Positions 37,756 to 48,402 of a stretch of 64,000 bases of DNA are shown one piece after another; within the stretch, counting starts at the first letter, position 1, and the number at the start of each line of letters is the position of its first letter. Source of the stretch: Minisyncoccota bacterium (GTDB lineage: Bacteria; Patescibacteriota; Minisyncoccia; UBA6257; JAGOQP01); contig JBAZTS010000003.1 of the NCBI GenBank assembly GCA_041661795.1, positions 3,939 to 67,938 of the forward strand, read 5' to 3'. Made by a program: the position numbers and the translations under genes. Under the pieces are notes generated by a model. That model saw nothing but the letters and a program-made list of their open reading frames with translations, was not told the origin of the DNA and ran no database searches.

Positions 37756-39897
37756 ATGGCTAAAACTAAATCTAAAAAGATCTTTTTATTTTCATTGGTT
37801 GTTGTCTTGGTTGTGGGAATCTTTTTTGTTTATCAATTTATAGACATTATTAGAGGCCTTCCCCACCCGGAAAAAATAACCAATTTTCAACCGACTCAGT
37901 CAACTAAAATTTATGACAGAACCGGAGAGGTTTTGCTTTATGAAATACACGGAGAAGAAAATCGTACGCTAATAAGAGGAGAGGATATGCCTGATTACGC
38001 TAAAAAGGCCACCATAGCCATAGAAGACCAAAACTTTTACAATCACTCGGCTGTTGATATAAAAGCCGTAATAAGGGCTGTTTTTGTGAATATTATAAAG
38101 GCTGATTTAGCCCAAGGAGGATCCACTATAACCCAACAATTAGCTAGAAACGTTTTTTTAACATTGGACAAAAATTTCAAGAGAAAAATAAGAGAGACAA
38201 TATTGGCTTATTGGATTGAAAAAAACTACAACAAGGAAGAAATACTAAACCAATATTTAAACCAGATAAGTTACGGGTCTAATGCTTATGGAATAGAATC
38301 AGCGGCTCAAACTTTTTTAGGGAAAAAAGCCAAGGATTTAACTTTGGCCGAGTCGGCTCTTTTGGCTGGACTGATTCAATCTCCTTCTTATTATTCTCCT
38401 TGGGGCAGTCATTTAGATGAATTATTATCCAGAAAGAATTATGTTCTTGAACAGATGAAAAAATTATCTTTTATAGATGAACAACAATTGGAATCCGCCA
38501 AAAAAGAAGATATAAAGTTTATGCCCCAAAGTATTGGTTCTATAAAAGCCCCTCACTTTGTGATGATGATAAAAGAATATATATCTAATAAATACGGAGA
38601 TGACTTGGTTGAAAACGGAGGATTAAAAGTTGTAACCACCCTTGATTGGAAACAACAAGAGATAGCCCAAAGAGTCGTAAAAGAAGGAGCTCAAAGAAAT
38701 AAAGAACTTTACAAAGGAGAAAATTCTTCTTTGGTTTCACAAGACCCAAAAACAGGACAAATTTTAGCGATGGTTGGCTCGGCTGATTATTTCAATAAAG
38801 AAATTGAGGGAAATTTTAATGTCGCCACCCAAGGGAAAAGACAGCCGGGATCAACGTTTAAACCTTTTGCTTATTTAGCGGCTCTTTATAAAGGATATAC
38901 CCCTGATACAATATTATTTGATGTTCCAACAGAATTTTCTACCAACAAAAATCTTTGTCCGGTAATTGTTGATTTTTCCAATAAAAACACCGCTTGTTTT
39001 CATCCTCAAAATTTTGACGGTCTCTTTAGGGGACCGATTACTTTTAAACAGGGGCTAGCTCAATCCATTAACGTCGCCTCGGTAAAAACGCTCTATCTGG
39101 CGGGCATAGATAACACCTTAGACATAGCTCAAAAAATGGGAATAACCACATTAAGTGATAGATCTAGATATGGATTGTCTTTAGTTTTGGGCGGAGGAGA
39201 GGTAAAACTTATTGATTTAGTTAACGCCTACTCCGTTTTTTCACAAGAGGGGATAAAACACAAACAATCTTTTATTTTAAAAATAGAAAACAACAAAGGG
39301 GAAACTTTGGAAGAATATAAAGATGAACCCGTTCAGGTCATAGAAAATAATTATGCCAGAATAATAAATAATATTTTATCGGATATTAATTTAAGGTCCG
39401 GGCTCTTTCACTCCAGCTTATCTCTAACTGTTTTTGAGGGTTATGACGTAGCTCTAAAAACGGGGACCACAAATGATTATAAAGACGCTTGGGTAATGGG
39501 ATATTCTCCGTTTATAACGGTGGGAGTTTGGGCTGGAAACAATAATAATAAACAAATGCAAGAACAAGGGGGAAGTATTTTAGCCGCCGTCCCTATATGG
39601 AGTAATTTTTTAAAAGAGATTATAAATCAATATCCATCGGAAATATTTAACAGCCCCGAAAGCATAACAAGTAATAAACCAATTTTAAACGGGCAATACA
39701 CTTCGGTCCTGGAGAACAACGGATTTAGCTCACAGCACATTCATGATATTCTCTATTATTTAGATAAAAATAACCCCAACGAAGATTACAATCAACCAAA
39801 TCCCGGGAATGATTCTCAATTTGAAAATTGGGAGGTTCCGGTGCTGGAATGGGCTAAAAATAACGTCCCAAACTTTCTTACTGAATACAATAAATAG
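37756..39897 (+). CDS. Class A penicillin-binding protein
   Basis: Glycosyltransferase motifs EDQNFY.H, GGSTITQQL; transpeptidase motifs STFK, SIN, KTGT. Confidence 0.96.
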   Translation: MAKTKSKKIFLFSLVVVLVVGIFFVYQFIDIIRGLPHPEKITNFQPTQSTKIYDRTGEVLLYEIHGEENRTLIRGEDMPDYAKKATIAIEDQNFYNHSAVDIKAVIRAVFVNIIKADLAQGGSTITQQLARNVFLTLDKNFKRKIRETILAYWIEKNYNKEEILNQYLNQISYGSNAYGIESAAQTFLGKKAKDLTLAESALLAGLIQSPSYYSPWGSHLDELLSRKNYVLEQMKKLSFIDEQQLESAKKEDIKFMPQSIGSIKAPHFVMMIKEYISNKYGDDLVENGGLKVVTTLDWKQQEIAQRVVKEGAQRNKELYKGENSSLVSQDPKTGQILAMVGSADYFNKEIEGNFNVATQGKRQPGSTFKPFAYLAALYKGYTPDTILFDVPTEFSTNKNLCPVIVDFSNKNTACFHPQNFDGLFRGPITFKQGLAQSINVASVKTLYLAGIDNTLDIAQKMGITTLSDRSRYGLSLVLGGGEVKLIDLVNAYSVFSQEGIKHKQSFILKIENNKGETLEEYKDEPVQVIENNYARIINNILSDINLRSGLFHSSLSLTVFEGYDVALKTGTTNDYKDAWVMGYSPFITVGVWAGNNNNKQMQEQGGSILAAVPIWSNFLKEIINQYPSEIFNSPESITSNKPILNGQYTSVLENNGFSSQHIHDILYYLDKNNPNEDYNQPNPGNDSQFENWEVPVLEWAKNNVPNFLTEYNK

Positions 39898-41019
39898 TTA
39901 AGACGATTTAATAGGCATTACTATGTAAAAATAGGAGTTGTCGTCGGGAGTTTTTATTAAACTAGCTTTATTCTCACCGTTAAATCCAAAAAAGACATTG
40001 GTGGTTTTTATGTTTCTAAAACCGTCCAATAAAAATTTCCAGTTAAAAGTTATTTGAGTTTTTGATCCTTTGATTTTAGCAGGCAATATATATTCGCTCT
40101 CCCCAAAATCATTTGAAGACGAAAGCGCTTTTATATTTTTTAGGCTCTCGTCAACAACAAACCGTATTTCGTTTAACCTATTAGAGAGAGAACTAGTCAG
40201 TTTTAAAGCAGAAATAACGTCGTCTTTGTCAAACAGGCACTCGGTTTCAAAATCATTTGGTATTACTGTTTCGTAATCCGGAAATTTTCCCTCAATTAAT
40301 CTTGAAGATATTCTAACTTGGTCAGTTTTAAACAAAACCTGATTTTCTTCAAAAACCATTTTTATTTTCTCTCCTTTTTTAGATGAAAAAATTCTAATTA
40401 TTTCTTGGACTGTTTTTATTGGAACTATAAAAGATTCATCTTTTTCGTGTTTGGTTTCAATCTTTTTTTCAGAAAAAACTTTTTGAGCCAATCTAAAGCT
40501 ATCAGTGGCCGCTAATTTAAATAACCCATCTTTAAAACTAAATAAAATTCCACCCAGCTCCGGTCTTATGTCAGAAACCTGACAAGCGCAAGAAACGGAA
40601 GAGAGGGAATCTATAAAATAATCTGAATCAAAAATAAAGAAATTATCTTTTTTTTCTTCTGCCTCTGGAATTATAGGAAAGTCGTCTTTGGAGTTGGTTG
40701 AAATTTTGGCCTTAAAATTATCAGTCGCAACTAAAAGATTATTTCCTTTACTTTCCAAACTTATTCTCTCTAAAGATAAATTATTTATAATCTGGGAAAA
40801 AACTAAAAATGGAATAGCCAAAGAACCATCTTTTATTACTTTTGCGGGTATAAAATAACTAATACCTATCTCAAGATCAGTTGAGGATATTTTTAATTTT
40901 CCATCAAACGTTTCAAAAAGAAAATTTTTAAGAACCGGTAAATTAGACGATTCTTTCCTGGCTCCGGAAATAGCGTTCAAACCTTCTTTTATATTATTTT
41001 TTAAAGCAATTATATTCAT
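39898..41019 (-). CDS. dnaN: DNA polymerase III beta clamp
   Basis: STDLE, ATDSFRLA, SRLIEG.FPDY..VIP, VMP. Confidence 0.97.
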   Translation of the reverse strand: MNIIALKNNIKEGLNAISGARKESSNLPVLKNFLFETFDGKLKISSTDLEIGISYFIPAKVIKDGSLAIPFLVFSQIINNLSLERISLESKGNNLLVATDNFKAKISTNSKDDFPIIPEAEEKKDNFFIFDSDYFIDSLSSVSCACQVSDIRPELGGILFSFKDGLFKLAATDSFRLAQKVFSEKKIETKHEKDESFIVPIKTVQEIIRIFSSKKGEKIKMVFEENQVLFKTDQVRISSRLIEGKFPDYETVIPNDFETECLFDKDDVISALKLTSSLSNRLNEIRFVVDESLKNIKALSSSNDFGESEYILPAKIKGSKTQITFNWKFLLDGFRNIKTTNVFFGFNGENKASLIKTPDDNSYFYIVMPIKSS

Positions 41020-41175
41020 AATAACTATTATATCTTATTAATTAATATAAATAGTAGTAGTAACAGTAGTGTCTGTGGATATGTGGAAAAGCTCATGGTG
41101 GGGCTTATATAATATTGTTTTTAAAACCATCTTATTTAATTAATTGAGTAAAAATTGTTGATAAACTGGGTAAGT
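41020..41175. other. Replication origin oriC (dnaA-dnaN intergenic region)
   Basis: AT-rich tract, DnaA-trio-like run tagtagtagtaacagtag (41052-41069), DnaA boxes tgtggatat/tgtggaaaa (41074-41090) and tgttgataa (41156-41164). Confidence 0.85.
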
Positions 41176-42549
41176 TTAACTAACAGGATTCTTACTTATC
41201 GACTCTTTTATTAGTATTATTTTTTGATTTAATGACTTATCCTTATTCATTTCCCTGCTTATTTTCTCGTAAGAGTGAATAACGGTGGTGTGATCTCTTT
41301 TGCCCATCTTATCCCCAATATCTGGGTAGGACATCCCCAACATATCCCGTAAAAGAAACATGGTTATTTGTCTTGGTAGCACAACCTCTTTTCTTCTGGA
41401 TTTATTAGTTAGGTCGCTTAAGGATAATTCAAAAAATTGAGCCACTGATTTAATAACCTGAAGAGGATTAACGTTTACTATGTTTTGTTGTATTGTCGCA
41501 TTTATTATTTCGTCGGCTGTTTTAGTGTCTATCTCAGCATTTTTAAATTCTTTATAAAAATAGAGTTTATTTATTATTCCTTCTATCTCTCTTATGTTTC
41601 TTTGAATCTTAGAGGCTATAGTATGACAAATTTCGTCGTTTAAAATAAAATTCTTGTCTTGAATTTTATTTTTTATAATAGCTAGCTTCATCTCATAGTC
41701 CGGGTAAGTAATATCAGCTATCATACCACCCTCAAATCTAGATCTTAGGCGTTCTTCGAGTGTTGGTATGGCTGATGGCGGTCTGTCGGAGGAAAGTATT
41801 ATTTGTTTGTTGTTTTGATAAAGGATATTAAAGGTGTGAAAAAATTCTTCCTCACTTCTTTCTTTTCCGCCTATAAATTGGATGTCGTCTATAATTAAAA
41901 CGTCTATGTTGCGGTATTTATTTTTAACATCTTCCATTCTTTTGTTTCTAATAGCCCAAACAACATCGTTAACAAACTTTTCCGAGGGCACATATTTTAC
42001 CCTAATTCTTCCGTGATAATTTTTGATAATTTCATTTCCCAAGGCCTGTATTAAGTGGGTTTTTCCTAGCCCCGTTCCTCCATAAATAAAAAACGGATTA
42101 TATTTCCTGCCAACTTCTTTGGAGATGGCAATTGAAGCAGCATAAGCCATTTCATTTGACGAGCCAACTACAAAATTTTTAAAACTATAACGAGGATGAA
42201 GATTTGTTTCAGGGTCCGTAGAGAATTCAGCGAATCCAACTTGGCCAACTTCGGGAATTGGTTTTTTGGTTTGAGAGAAAATTTTTTCTTCTAGGTTGTC
42301 GTTTAAAACAACGTAATCAATTCTATTAATTCCGCTGTCTATATTTTGTAGCGCCTCTAATATAATTTTATTGTATTTACTTTGAACCCACTCTTTGGAA
42401 AAATTATTATTAACTCCTAAAACAACCAGCCCCACAGAATCGTTTTTTTCCACCAATCGGCTGTTTCTAAACCAGGTTATAAAATTTGGTTTGGATATCT
42501 GTAACTCTATTTCGGCTAGGGCTTTTTCCCAAAGTTTTTTTAAGTCCAT
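41176..42549 (-). CDS. dnaA: Chromosomal replication initiator DnaA
   Basis: YNPFFIYGGTGLGKTHL, DDIQF, RLRSRF, RDHTTVIH. Confidence 0.99.
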   Translation of the reverse strand: MDLKKLWEKALAEIELQISKPNFITWFRNSRLVEKNDSVGLVVLGVNNNFSKEWVQSKYNKIILEALQNIDSGINRIDYVVLNDNLEEKIFSQTKKPIPEVGQVGFAEFSTDPETNLHPRYSFKNFVVGSSNEMAYAASIAISKEVGRKYNPFFIYGGTGLGKTHLIQALGNEIIKNYHGRIRVKYVPSEKFVNDVVWAIRNKRMEDVKNKYRNIDVLIIDDIQFIGGKERSEEEFFHTFNILYQNNKQIILSSDRPPSAIPTLEERLRSRFEGGMIADITYPDYEMKLAIIKNKIQDKNFILNDEICHTIASKIQRNIREIEGIINKLYFYKEFKNAEIDTKTADEIINATIQQNIVNVNPLQVIKSVAQFFELSLSDLTNKSRRKEVVLPRQITMFLLRDMLGMSYPDIGDKMGKRDHTTVIHSYEKISREMNKDKSLNQKIILIKESISKNPVS

Positions 42550-42715
42550 GTGTTGTGATGACTAATAATCAAAAAGAGAATAATCTAGTAGACCCATCTT
42601 AGAACAAGAGTATCTTAATTGAAATAGTGGAAAAGTCAAAAACGTTAACAAGCTGTGGATTTCTTTTTGGGTTGGGGGTTTGATATTTATGTATTTTTCT
42701 GTTAGATTGTTTCTT

Positions 42716-42850
42716 ATGTCGGTAACTTATCAACCAAAAAAGAGAAAAAGAAGGAAAACCCACGGCTTCTTGAAGAGAATGAGAAAGCCGGGAGGAAGGA
42801 GGGTTATATCCAGAAGAAGAGCCAGAGGGAGAAAAAAACTCACCGTTTAA
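42716..42850 (+). CDS. rpmH: 50S ribosomal protein L34 (not in ORF track)
   Basis: [44 protein letters not shown]. Confidence 0.97.
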   Translation: MSVTYQPKKRKRRKTHGFLKRMRKPGGRRVISRRRARGRKKLTV

Positions 42851-42864
42851 AGGTGGGCGAACAC

Positions 42865-43206
42865 ATGCTGCCTAAAAAATACCGTTTAACAGTTGGTTTT
42901 TTTAAAAACTTAGTCACGGAAAATAAAAAACCAAACAAGATTATTGATGTGGGGATTTTTTCCGCTAAGGTTTATTCTTCTGGTAATAAATTTAGTCGTT
43001 TTGCGGTGGTGATGTCGTCGGCTAATTTCAAAAAGGCAACCGAGAGAAATCGTTTGCGTAGAATGGTTTATGAAATAATCAACAAAAAAGAAATTCATAA
43101 ATTACAAGGTAGAGATTTCGTTTTCTTTCTAAGAAAAAAAATACTAAAAGCTGACTCAAACGAATTAAAGTCTGAAATTTCTAAATCGCTGTCCTCTGTC
43201 ATCTAA
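42865..43206 (+). CDS. rnpA: Ribonuclease P protein component
   Basis: MLPKKYRL, RFAVV, KKAT.RNRLRR; follows rpmH. Confidence 0.92.
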   Translation: MLPKKYRLTVGFFKNLVTENKKPNKIIDVGIFSAKVYSSGNKFSRFAVVMSSANFKKATERNRLRRMVYEIINKKEIHKLQGRDFVFFLRKKILKADSNELKSEISKSLSSVI

Positions 43207-43217
43207 CCTCTATTTTT

Positions 43218-43973
43218 ATGTCATACATCTTTAATGAATTTTTATATAGACCGCTTCTAAATCTTCTTTTTCTTGTCTACAACAACATCTATGCAGACTT
43301 GGGTGTGGCGATTATTATTCTGACGATAATTATACGTTTTGTTTTACTACCTGTTTTTTATAAGAGCGCCAAGGACCAAACGTTGATTCAAAAAATAACC
43401 CCCAAGATAAAAGAGCTCCAAAAGACACATAAAGACGACAAAGAAAGACAGGTAAAGGAAATAATGGCGGTTTATAAAGAGCACAAGGTTAATCCATTTT
43501 CTGGGTTTATTTTAATGATTATCCAACTGCCAATTCTAATAGCGCTTTATTCTGTTTTCTGGAGAGGGTTTTCACCAGAAATACTTTCAAAACTTTATTC
43601 TTTTGTTTCCGCTCCTGATCCGGTTTTACACTCTTTTCTCGGATTGTTTAATCTTTATGAAAAAAATATAGTTTTGGTTTTAATTGCCGCCGTCGCTCAA
43701 TATATTCAGTCAAAACTATTAATGAGCGTAGTTAAAAACAATAAACAATCTGATAAAAACAAGGGAGAAATGAGTGTGGCCGAAAAAGTTTCCAAACAAA
43801 TGGTATTAATTGGTCCCTTTTTAACTTTCGCGATACTCTATTCACTTCCGGCCGCGGTCTCGCTTTATTGGTTGACAACTTCTGTTTTTTCAGTTATTCA
43901 ACAGATAGTAATTAACAAGAAGATAAACAAACAAGATGGAACAGACACAGGAGATATTAAAACGGCTAATTAG
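43218..43973 (+). CDS. yidC: Membrane insertase YidC/Oxa1 family
   Basis: AIIILT..IR..L.P, PKIKELQK, IQLPILIALY, LYWLT. Confidence 0.95.
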   Translation: MSYIFNEFLYRPLLNLLFLVYNNIYADLGVAIIILTIIIRFVLLPVFYKSAKDQTLIQKITPKIKELQKTHKDDKERQVKEIMAVYKEHKVNPFSGFILMIIQLPILIALYSVFWRGFSPEILSKLYSFVSAPDPVLHSFLGLFNLYEKNIVLVLIAAVAQYIQSKLLMSVVKNNKQSDKNKGEMSVAEKVSKQMVLIGPFLTFAILYSLPAAVSLYWLTTSVFSVIQQIVINKKINKQDGTDTGDIKTAN

Positions 43974-44367
43974 TTTAATGGGCTTTAATGATTTTTCTAT
44001 TAACTTTTCTCAAGAGTCAAGGCGTTTTTCGGTTTTTATAAACGACGGGCCATTTCTTGACCGCCATCTTTCTCAATTTGTTTCCGATATGGATTTTATT
44101 CTAAAAGGAATAGCTATAAAAAAGGGCTTGGAACTATCGTTTGTTGATATAAATAATTACAGAAAAGAAAGAGAAGAACTTATTATAAAATTAGCCAAGG
44201 CGGCTGCCAGAAAAGTTATAACAGAAAAAAAAGAAGTGGCACTGCCTCCCATGAACGCCTATGAGAGAAGAATTATCCATTCGGAACTGGCTGTTCATCC
44301 GGATATAAAAACAGAAAGCCAAGGAGAAGGAAAGGAAAGAAGGGTGATTATAAAACCCATCGCTTAA
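43936..44367 (+). CDS. R3H-domain Jag/KhpB-like RNA-binding protein
   Basis: DINNYR..RE, LPPMNAYERRIIH, S.GEG..RRV. Confidence 0.92.
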   Translation: MEQTQEILKRLISLMGFNDFSINFSQESRRFSVFINDGPFLDRHLSQFVSDMDFILKGIAIKKGLELSFVDINNYRKEREELIIKLAKAAARKVITEKKEVALPPMNAYERRIIHSELAVHPDIKTESQGEGKERRVIIKPIA

Positions 44368-46727
44368 TTCATTTCTCCCCATCTCTTTCCTATCTTTACA
44401 CCCACTCTCAAAGGAACGTCTAATTTATAAGAGGATTCCATAATATCCCTTATTTTTTTTATTAAATCACTTTCTTTTTCTTGTCCTAGTAGTTCTTTGT
44501 TAATGTCAAAAATTAATTCGTCGTGGATTGAGAGAATAATTTTTATTTTTTTCAGAAGGTTATTTTTAGAAAGATAATCAAAAACCTTTATCATGGCGAT
44601 TTTTAAAATATCAGCCGCCAAGCTCTGGGTGGGCATATTGGTCGCCTCTCTTTCGGCGCTGGACGATAAAAATTGATTTAAAGAATTTATAGCCGGCAAA
44701 TTTCTGAATCGTCCGTTGATATTAGATGAAATTTCCGTTTCTCTGGTCGTCTCCAGAACCATTTTTTGCCATTCTTTTATAGCAGGGAACTCTTCAAAAT
44801 ATTTTTTTATAAATTCCTTGGCTTGATCGGAAGGAATGTGGGCGGTTTGGGAAAAAGCCCGATATCCCATTCCATAAATCATTCCAAAGTTTAAAGTTTT
44901 TGCCAGTCGTCTTTGTTGAGGCAAAACCTCTTTTGTATTAAATATTTTTTGAGCCGTTAGGGTGTGTATGTCCTCGCCTTTTTTAAACGCTCCTATCATA
45001 TTTTTATCTTGCGAAAGGTGAGCGATGACTCTTAGCTCTATTTGGGAGTAATCAAAAGAAACTAATGAGTTGTTTAAAGAAGGAATAAATATGTTTCTGA
45101 TTTTTTGTGACCATTCCGATTCTTGGGGTATGTTTTGAAGGTTTGGGTTTTGGCAAGAGAGTCGCCCGGTTGCGGCCCCGAGCTGTAAAAAAGTGGGGTG
45201 GATTCTTTTGTCTTCCCCTATTAGTTTTTCAAAAGAATCTAAATAAGTTGTTTTCATTTTGAAAAATTCTCTGTACTCTAAAATCCTTTTAACAACAGGA
45301 TACCCTTCCGATATTTTTTCCAGGGTTTGGGCTGATGTGGATTTTATTTTAAGGCCTTGTTTTTGAAAGTAAGAAAGGAGTTGTTTTGGAGAATTTAAAT
45401 TTATTTCTTCCCCGATTTCTTTTAAGATAATATCTTCTATTTTTTTAACCGAAACGTTTAATTCTTTTTGAACATCTTTTAGTTTTTTTAAATTGATTAA
45501 AACACCACTTTTTTCCATTTGGGATAGAACTTTAACAAGAGGCATTTCAATATTATAAAAAACCTTTTCCAATCCAAGGGTTTTTATTTTTTGAGAAAGC
45601 CAAGCAAAAGATTTATCCAAAAATTCTTCCAAGGGGAGAATTTTTTTAAATATTTTTTCGGATGCGTCTTCCCATCCGTCCGGTTTAACTCCTAAAAGTT
45701 CTAAACCTATCTTAATGTCAAAAATCGGCCCTAATATTTCCTGTTTTTTATATAAATCTTTTAGGTTGTATCCAATTTTTATATCCTCAGAATTTTGTTT
45801 AATAGAACCAAAAACCGACAATTGATTACTTTCAGCTTTCTTTTTTGTCTCTTTCTTCTTAGTATTTTCTCCTAAACCATCAACCCTTTTAATTAAGCTG
45901 GAAAAATCATTTTTATCAAAAAAATTTTTTATATTTTGAGTGTTTGGATTTAATTCTAATTCATTGATGTTTATTTTAACCGGAGCTGATGTAATTATTG
46001 TCGCTAAATCTTTTGAAAGAAGAGCAATTTCTTTGCTTTGGTTTATTCTCTCGTAAGATTTTTCTTTTTGTCCCTCTTTAAAAAAAATATCAAGAGTTTT
46101 GTATTTTCTTAATATTTCAGAGGCGGTTTTGGGTCCAACTCCGGCAACCCCGGGAATATTATCGGAGGCATCGCCTACCAAGGCCTTATAATCAATCATC
46201 TGGGTTGGATGTATGCCATATCTTTCTACAACCGCTCCTTCGTCGTAAACCATCGTTTCCGAGATCCCTTTTTTAAATGTTTCAACTAATATTTTTCCAT
46301 CTTCTACCAACTGAAGAGAATCAAGATCTCCTGTTAAAATAAGAACTTTTATATCTTTTTCTTTTTTAAATTTTATTGCCAGAGTTCCTATAAGATCATC
46401 AGCTTCATATCCGGGAATTTCCAGCCATTTTATTGAAAAACTTTCAAAAAGATCGTGGGCTTTTTTAAGTTGTGGTATTAGTTCGTCGGCTGTTTTGGGT
46501 CTTTGGGCTTTATACTGAGCATATTTTTGCTCTCTGAATGTAGCTTCTGGTCTATCAAAAAGAGCGGCCGCGTATTCTGGTTTTTTTGATTGGATTATCT
46601 TAAGGAGGATATTAGAAACTCCGTACAGAGCTCCTGTCGGCTCGTTCTTCTTGTTAACCAAAGGAGGTACCGCGTGAAAACAGCGATGAATCATAGAGTT
46701 GGCGTCAATAAGTAAGAGAGTTTTCAT
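44364..46727 (-). CDS. polA: DNA polymerase I
   Basis: 5'-3' exonuclease (EADD, GD.SDNIPGV.G.GPKTA); polymerase motifs DYSQIELR, AKTLNFG..YG, HDEL. Confidence 0.98.
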   Translation of the reverse strand: MKTLLLIDANSMIHRCFHAVPPLVNKKNEPTGALYGVSNILLKIIQSKKPEYAAALFDRPEATFREQKYAQYKAQRPKTADELIPQLKKAHDLFESFSIKWLEIPGYEADDLIGTLAIKFKKEKDIKVLILTGDLDSLQLVEDGKILVETFKKGISETMVYDEGAVVERYGIHPTQMIDYKALVGDASDNIPGVAGVGPKTASEILRKYKTLDIFFKEGQKEKSYERINQSKEIALLSKDLATIITSAPVKININELELNPNTQNIKNFFDKNDFSSLIKRVDGLGENTKKKETKKKAESNQLSVFGSIKQNSEDIKIGYNLKDLYKKQEILGPIFDIKIGLELLGVKPDGWEDASEKIFKKILPLEEFLDKSFAWLSQKIKTLGLEKVFYNIEMPLVKVLSQMEKSGVLINLKKLKDVQKELNVSVKKIEDIILKEIGEEINLNSPKQLLSYFQKQGLKIKSTSAQTLEKISEGYPVVKRILEYREFFKMKTTYLDSFEKLIGEDKRIHPTFLQLGAATGRLSCQNPNLQNIPQESEWSQKIRNIFIPSLNNSLVSFDYSQIELRVIAHLSQDKNMIGAFKKGEDIHTLTAQKIFNTKEVLPQQRRLAKTLNFGMIYGMGYRAFSQTAHIPSDQAKEFIKKYFEEFPAIKEWQKMVLETTRETEISSNINGRFRNLPAINSLNQFLSSSAEREATNMPTQSLAADILKIAMIKVFDYLSKNNLLKKIKIILSIHDELIFDINKELLGQEKESDLIKKIRDIMESSYKLDVPLRVGVKIGKRWGEMN

Positions 46728-46850
46728 AAAACTAATTTTACCATAAACAAAGAGTTATCCCCATATAAATTATTTTTTTATTGTGATACAATTTTACTAA
46801 CGTCAGCAAAATAAAATTTTGCAACTCAATATTATTAATAAAAAAATAAA

Positions 46851-48020
46851 ATGGAATATAATACAAATCCATCGCAGTTTAATCCTGGAAGAGATAACTC
46901 TCCTCAGGGAAGCGTTCCTCCTCCGCCTCCGGCTCCAGAACAGCAAGTGGGAGTAAGAACTATGAATTCAGATTTAGAGTCGGTTCAACAAACGGGAGGG
47001 GACTCTCCTCAGTCACAAGTTATAAGCGCTCCAGAACTTTCTGCGCTAAGAAATAATCAAGCACCCGCTCAACCTCAATATCAACCACAACCACAACCGC
47101 AACAACCAATCCTGGAAACAATTCCGGCCCCACCTCAATCATTTACTGAAGAATCTTCTCAAGTCGTTGATGTGTCGGAAAAATCTTCAAAATTAAAAAC
47201 TATTATTTTAGTGGTGGTAATTGTTGTTTTGGCGGTAGCTGTTGGGTTTGGTGTCTATTATTTAATTTCTTCTTTAAATAAAACTCCCCAAGCAACCGTT
47301 CCAACACCTCCTATTCAGGAACAAAACATTCCTGTAGTAGAAACTCCAATTCCACAACCAGAAGTTGTGGTTCCTCCTGCCCCAGTTCATGTTTCGGTTA
47401 TATCTAATCCGACAAAAACGGAAACCGTGGCCATTGATTTATCCGGCGATTTTAAATTAGCCATAACTAAACCAGCCGAAGAAAAACTTTTGGTTGGTAG
47501 TGTCAAGGAATTGTTATTTGTTGATGCTCAAAATAATGCGGTTGCTGCGGCCTCTATTTTCGGCAAAATCTATCCTTCTGGAGGAACCCTGCCGTTTTCC
47601 GTGAGTGATGCAACTTACTGGCTTTATGCCGACAAAACAGGTGGAAATAAATTCGGAACTGTTTTTGAAGTTTCTGATTTAACTAGTGCAAAAACATCTT
47701 TAAGTCCAATTTTGGAATCAGCCGATATAGCAAAAACTCTTTTCGTTTCAGACGTTACGGTTCCGGCTAAGCCCGAATTCAAAGACGGACAAGTAGAAGG
47801 TCAAGCCGTTAGATTTTTGGCTTTCAACGCCAAAACCAACGATGTTTTTGAATATGCTTGGATGAGCGTTGCCGGAAAAAATTATTTAGTCATTGCTACG
47901 TCTTATAATCAGATGGTGGATATAATAAAGAGATTAAAAGCAATACCGCAAGTAATTAATCCTCTAATAACTTCTACCTCTACAGCTACTACATCAACTT
48001 CCACTTTGATTAATCCATAA
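46851..48020 (+). CDS. Pro/Gln-rich single-TM hypothetical protein
   Basis: VRTM.SDL motif, Pro-rich linkers, one TM, Thr/Ser tail. Confidence 0.7.
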   Translation: MEYNTNPSQFNPGRDNSPQGSVPPPPPAPEQQVGVRTMNSDLESVQQTGGDSPQSQVISAPELSALRNNQAPAQPQYQPQPQPQQPILETIPAPPQSFTEESSQVVDVSEKSSKLKTIILVVVIVVLAVAVGFGVYYLISSLNKTPQATVPTPPIQEQNIPVVETPIPQPEVVVPPAPVHVSVISNPTKTETVAIDLSGDFKLAITKPAEEKLLVGSVKELLFVDAQNNAVAAASIFGKIYPSGGTLPFSVSDATYWLYADKTGGNKFGTVFEVSDLTSAKTSLSPILESADIAKTLFVSDVTVPAKPEFKDGQVEGQAVRFLAFNAKTNDVFEYAWMSVAGKNYLVIATSYNQMVDIIKRLKAIPQVINPLITSTSTATTSTSTLINP

Positions 48021-48023
48021 GAC

Positions 48024-48356
48024 ATGAACTTAGAAAAATACAAAGAACAACTCAATAAAGAAAGAGAAGAAATTTTGAGTCAGATGAAGGAAGCAAAAAC
48101 TCCTCCTGATTTTGGCAATGAGCCGGGGCCGGACGACGAAACAGACGAAGCCGAAGAGTATTTTAATCAAACGTCATCTCTGTCTCTTCTTAGAAACAAA
48201 TTGTCTGATATTGACTCCGCTTTAATCAGAATAGAAAAAGGAGAATACGGAAAATGTGAACAGTGTGGAATGGAAATAGAAGAAGATGTTCTGGAAATTT
48301 CTCCCCACTCGCGATTTTGTAAGGATTGCAATAAGTCAAAAATAGTCAGTAAATAA
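48024..48356 (+). CDS. TraR/DksA C4 zinc-finger protein
   Basis: DETDEA, AL.RI..G.YG.C..CG..I......P....C..C. Confidence 0.92.
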   Translation: MNLEKYKEQLNKEREEILSQMKEAKTPPDFGNEPGPDDETDEAEEYFNQTSSLSLLRNKLSDIDSALIRIEKGEYGKCEQCGMEIEEDVLEISPHSRFCKDCNKSKIVSK

Positions 48357-48360
48357 AAAG

Positions 48361-48391
48361 AAACAGTCCCAACGCGACGTCGGGACTGTTT
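48361..48391 (+). terminator. Intrinsic terminator
   Basis: aaacagtccc...gggactgttt followed by a T run. Confidence 0.75.
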
Positions 48392-48402
48392 TTATAAAAT
48401 CG

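Noticed and set aside
46755-46763. DnaA-box-like TTATCCCCA upstream of polA
   Set aside because: A single mismatched 9-mer is not enough to call a site.
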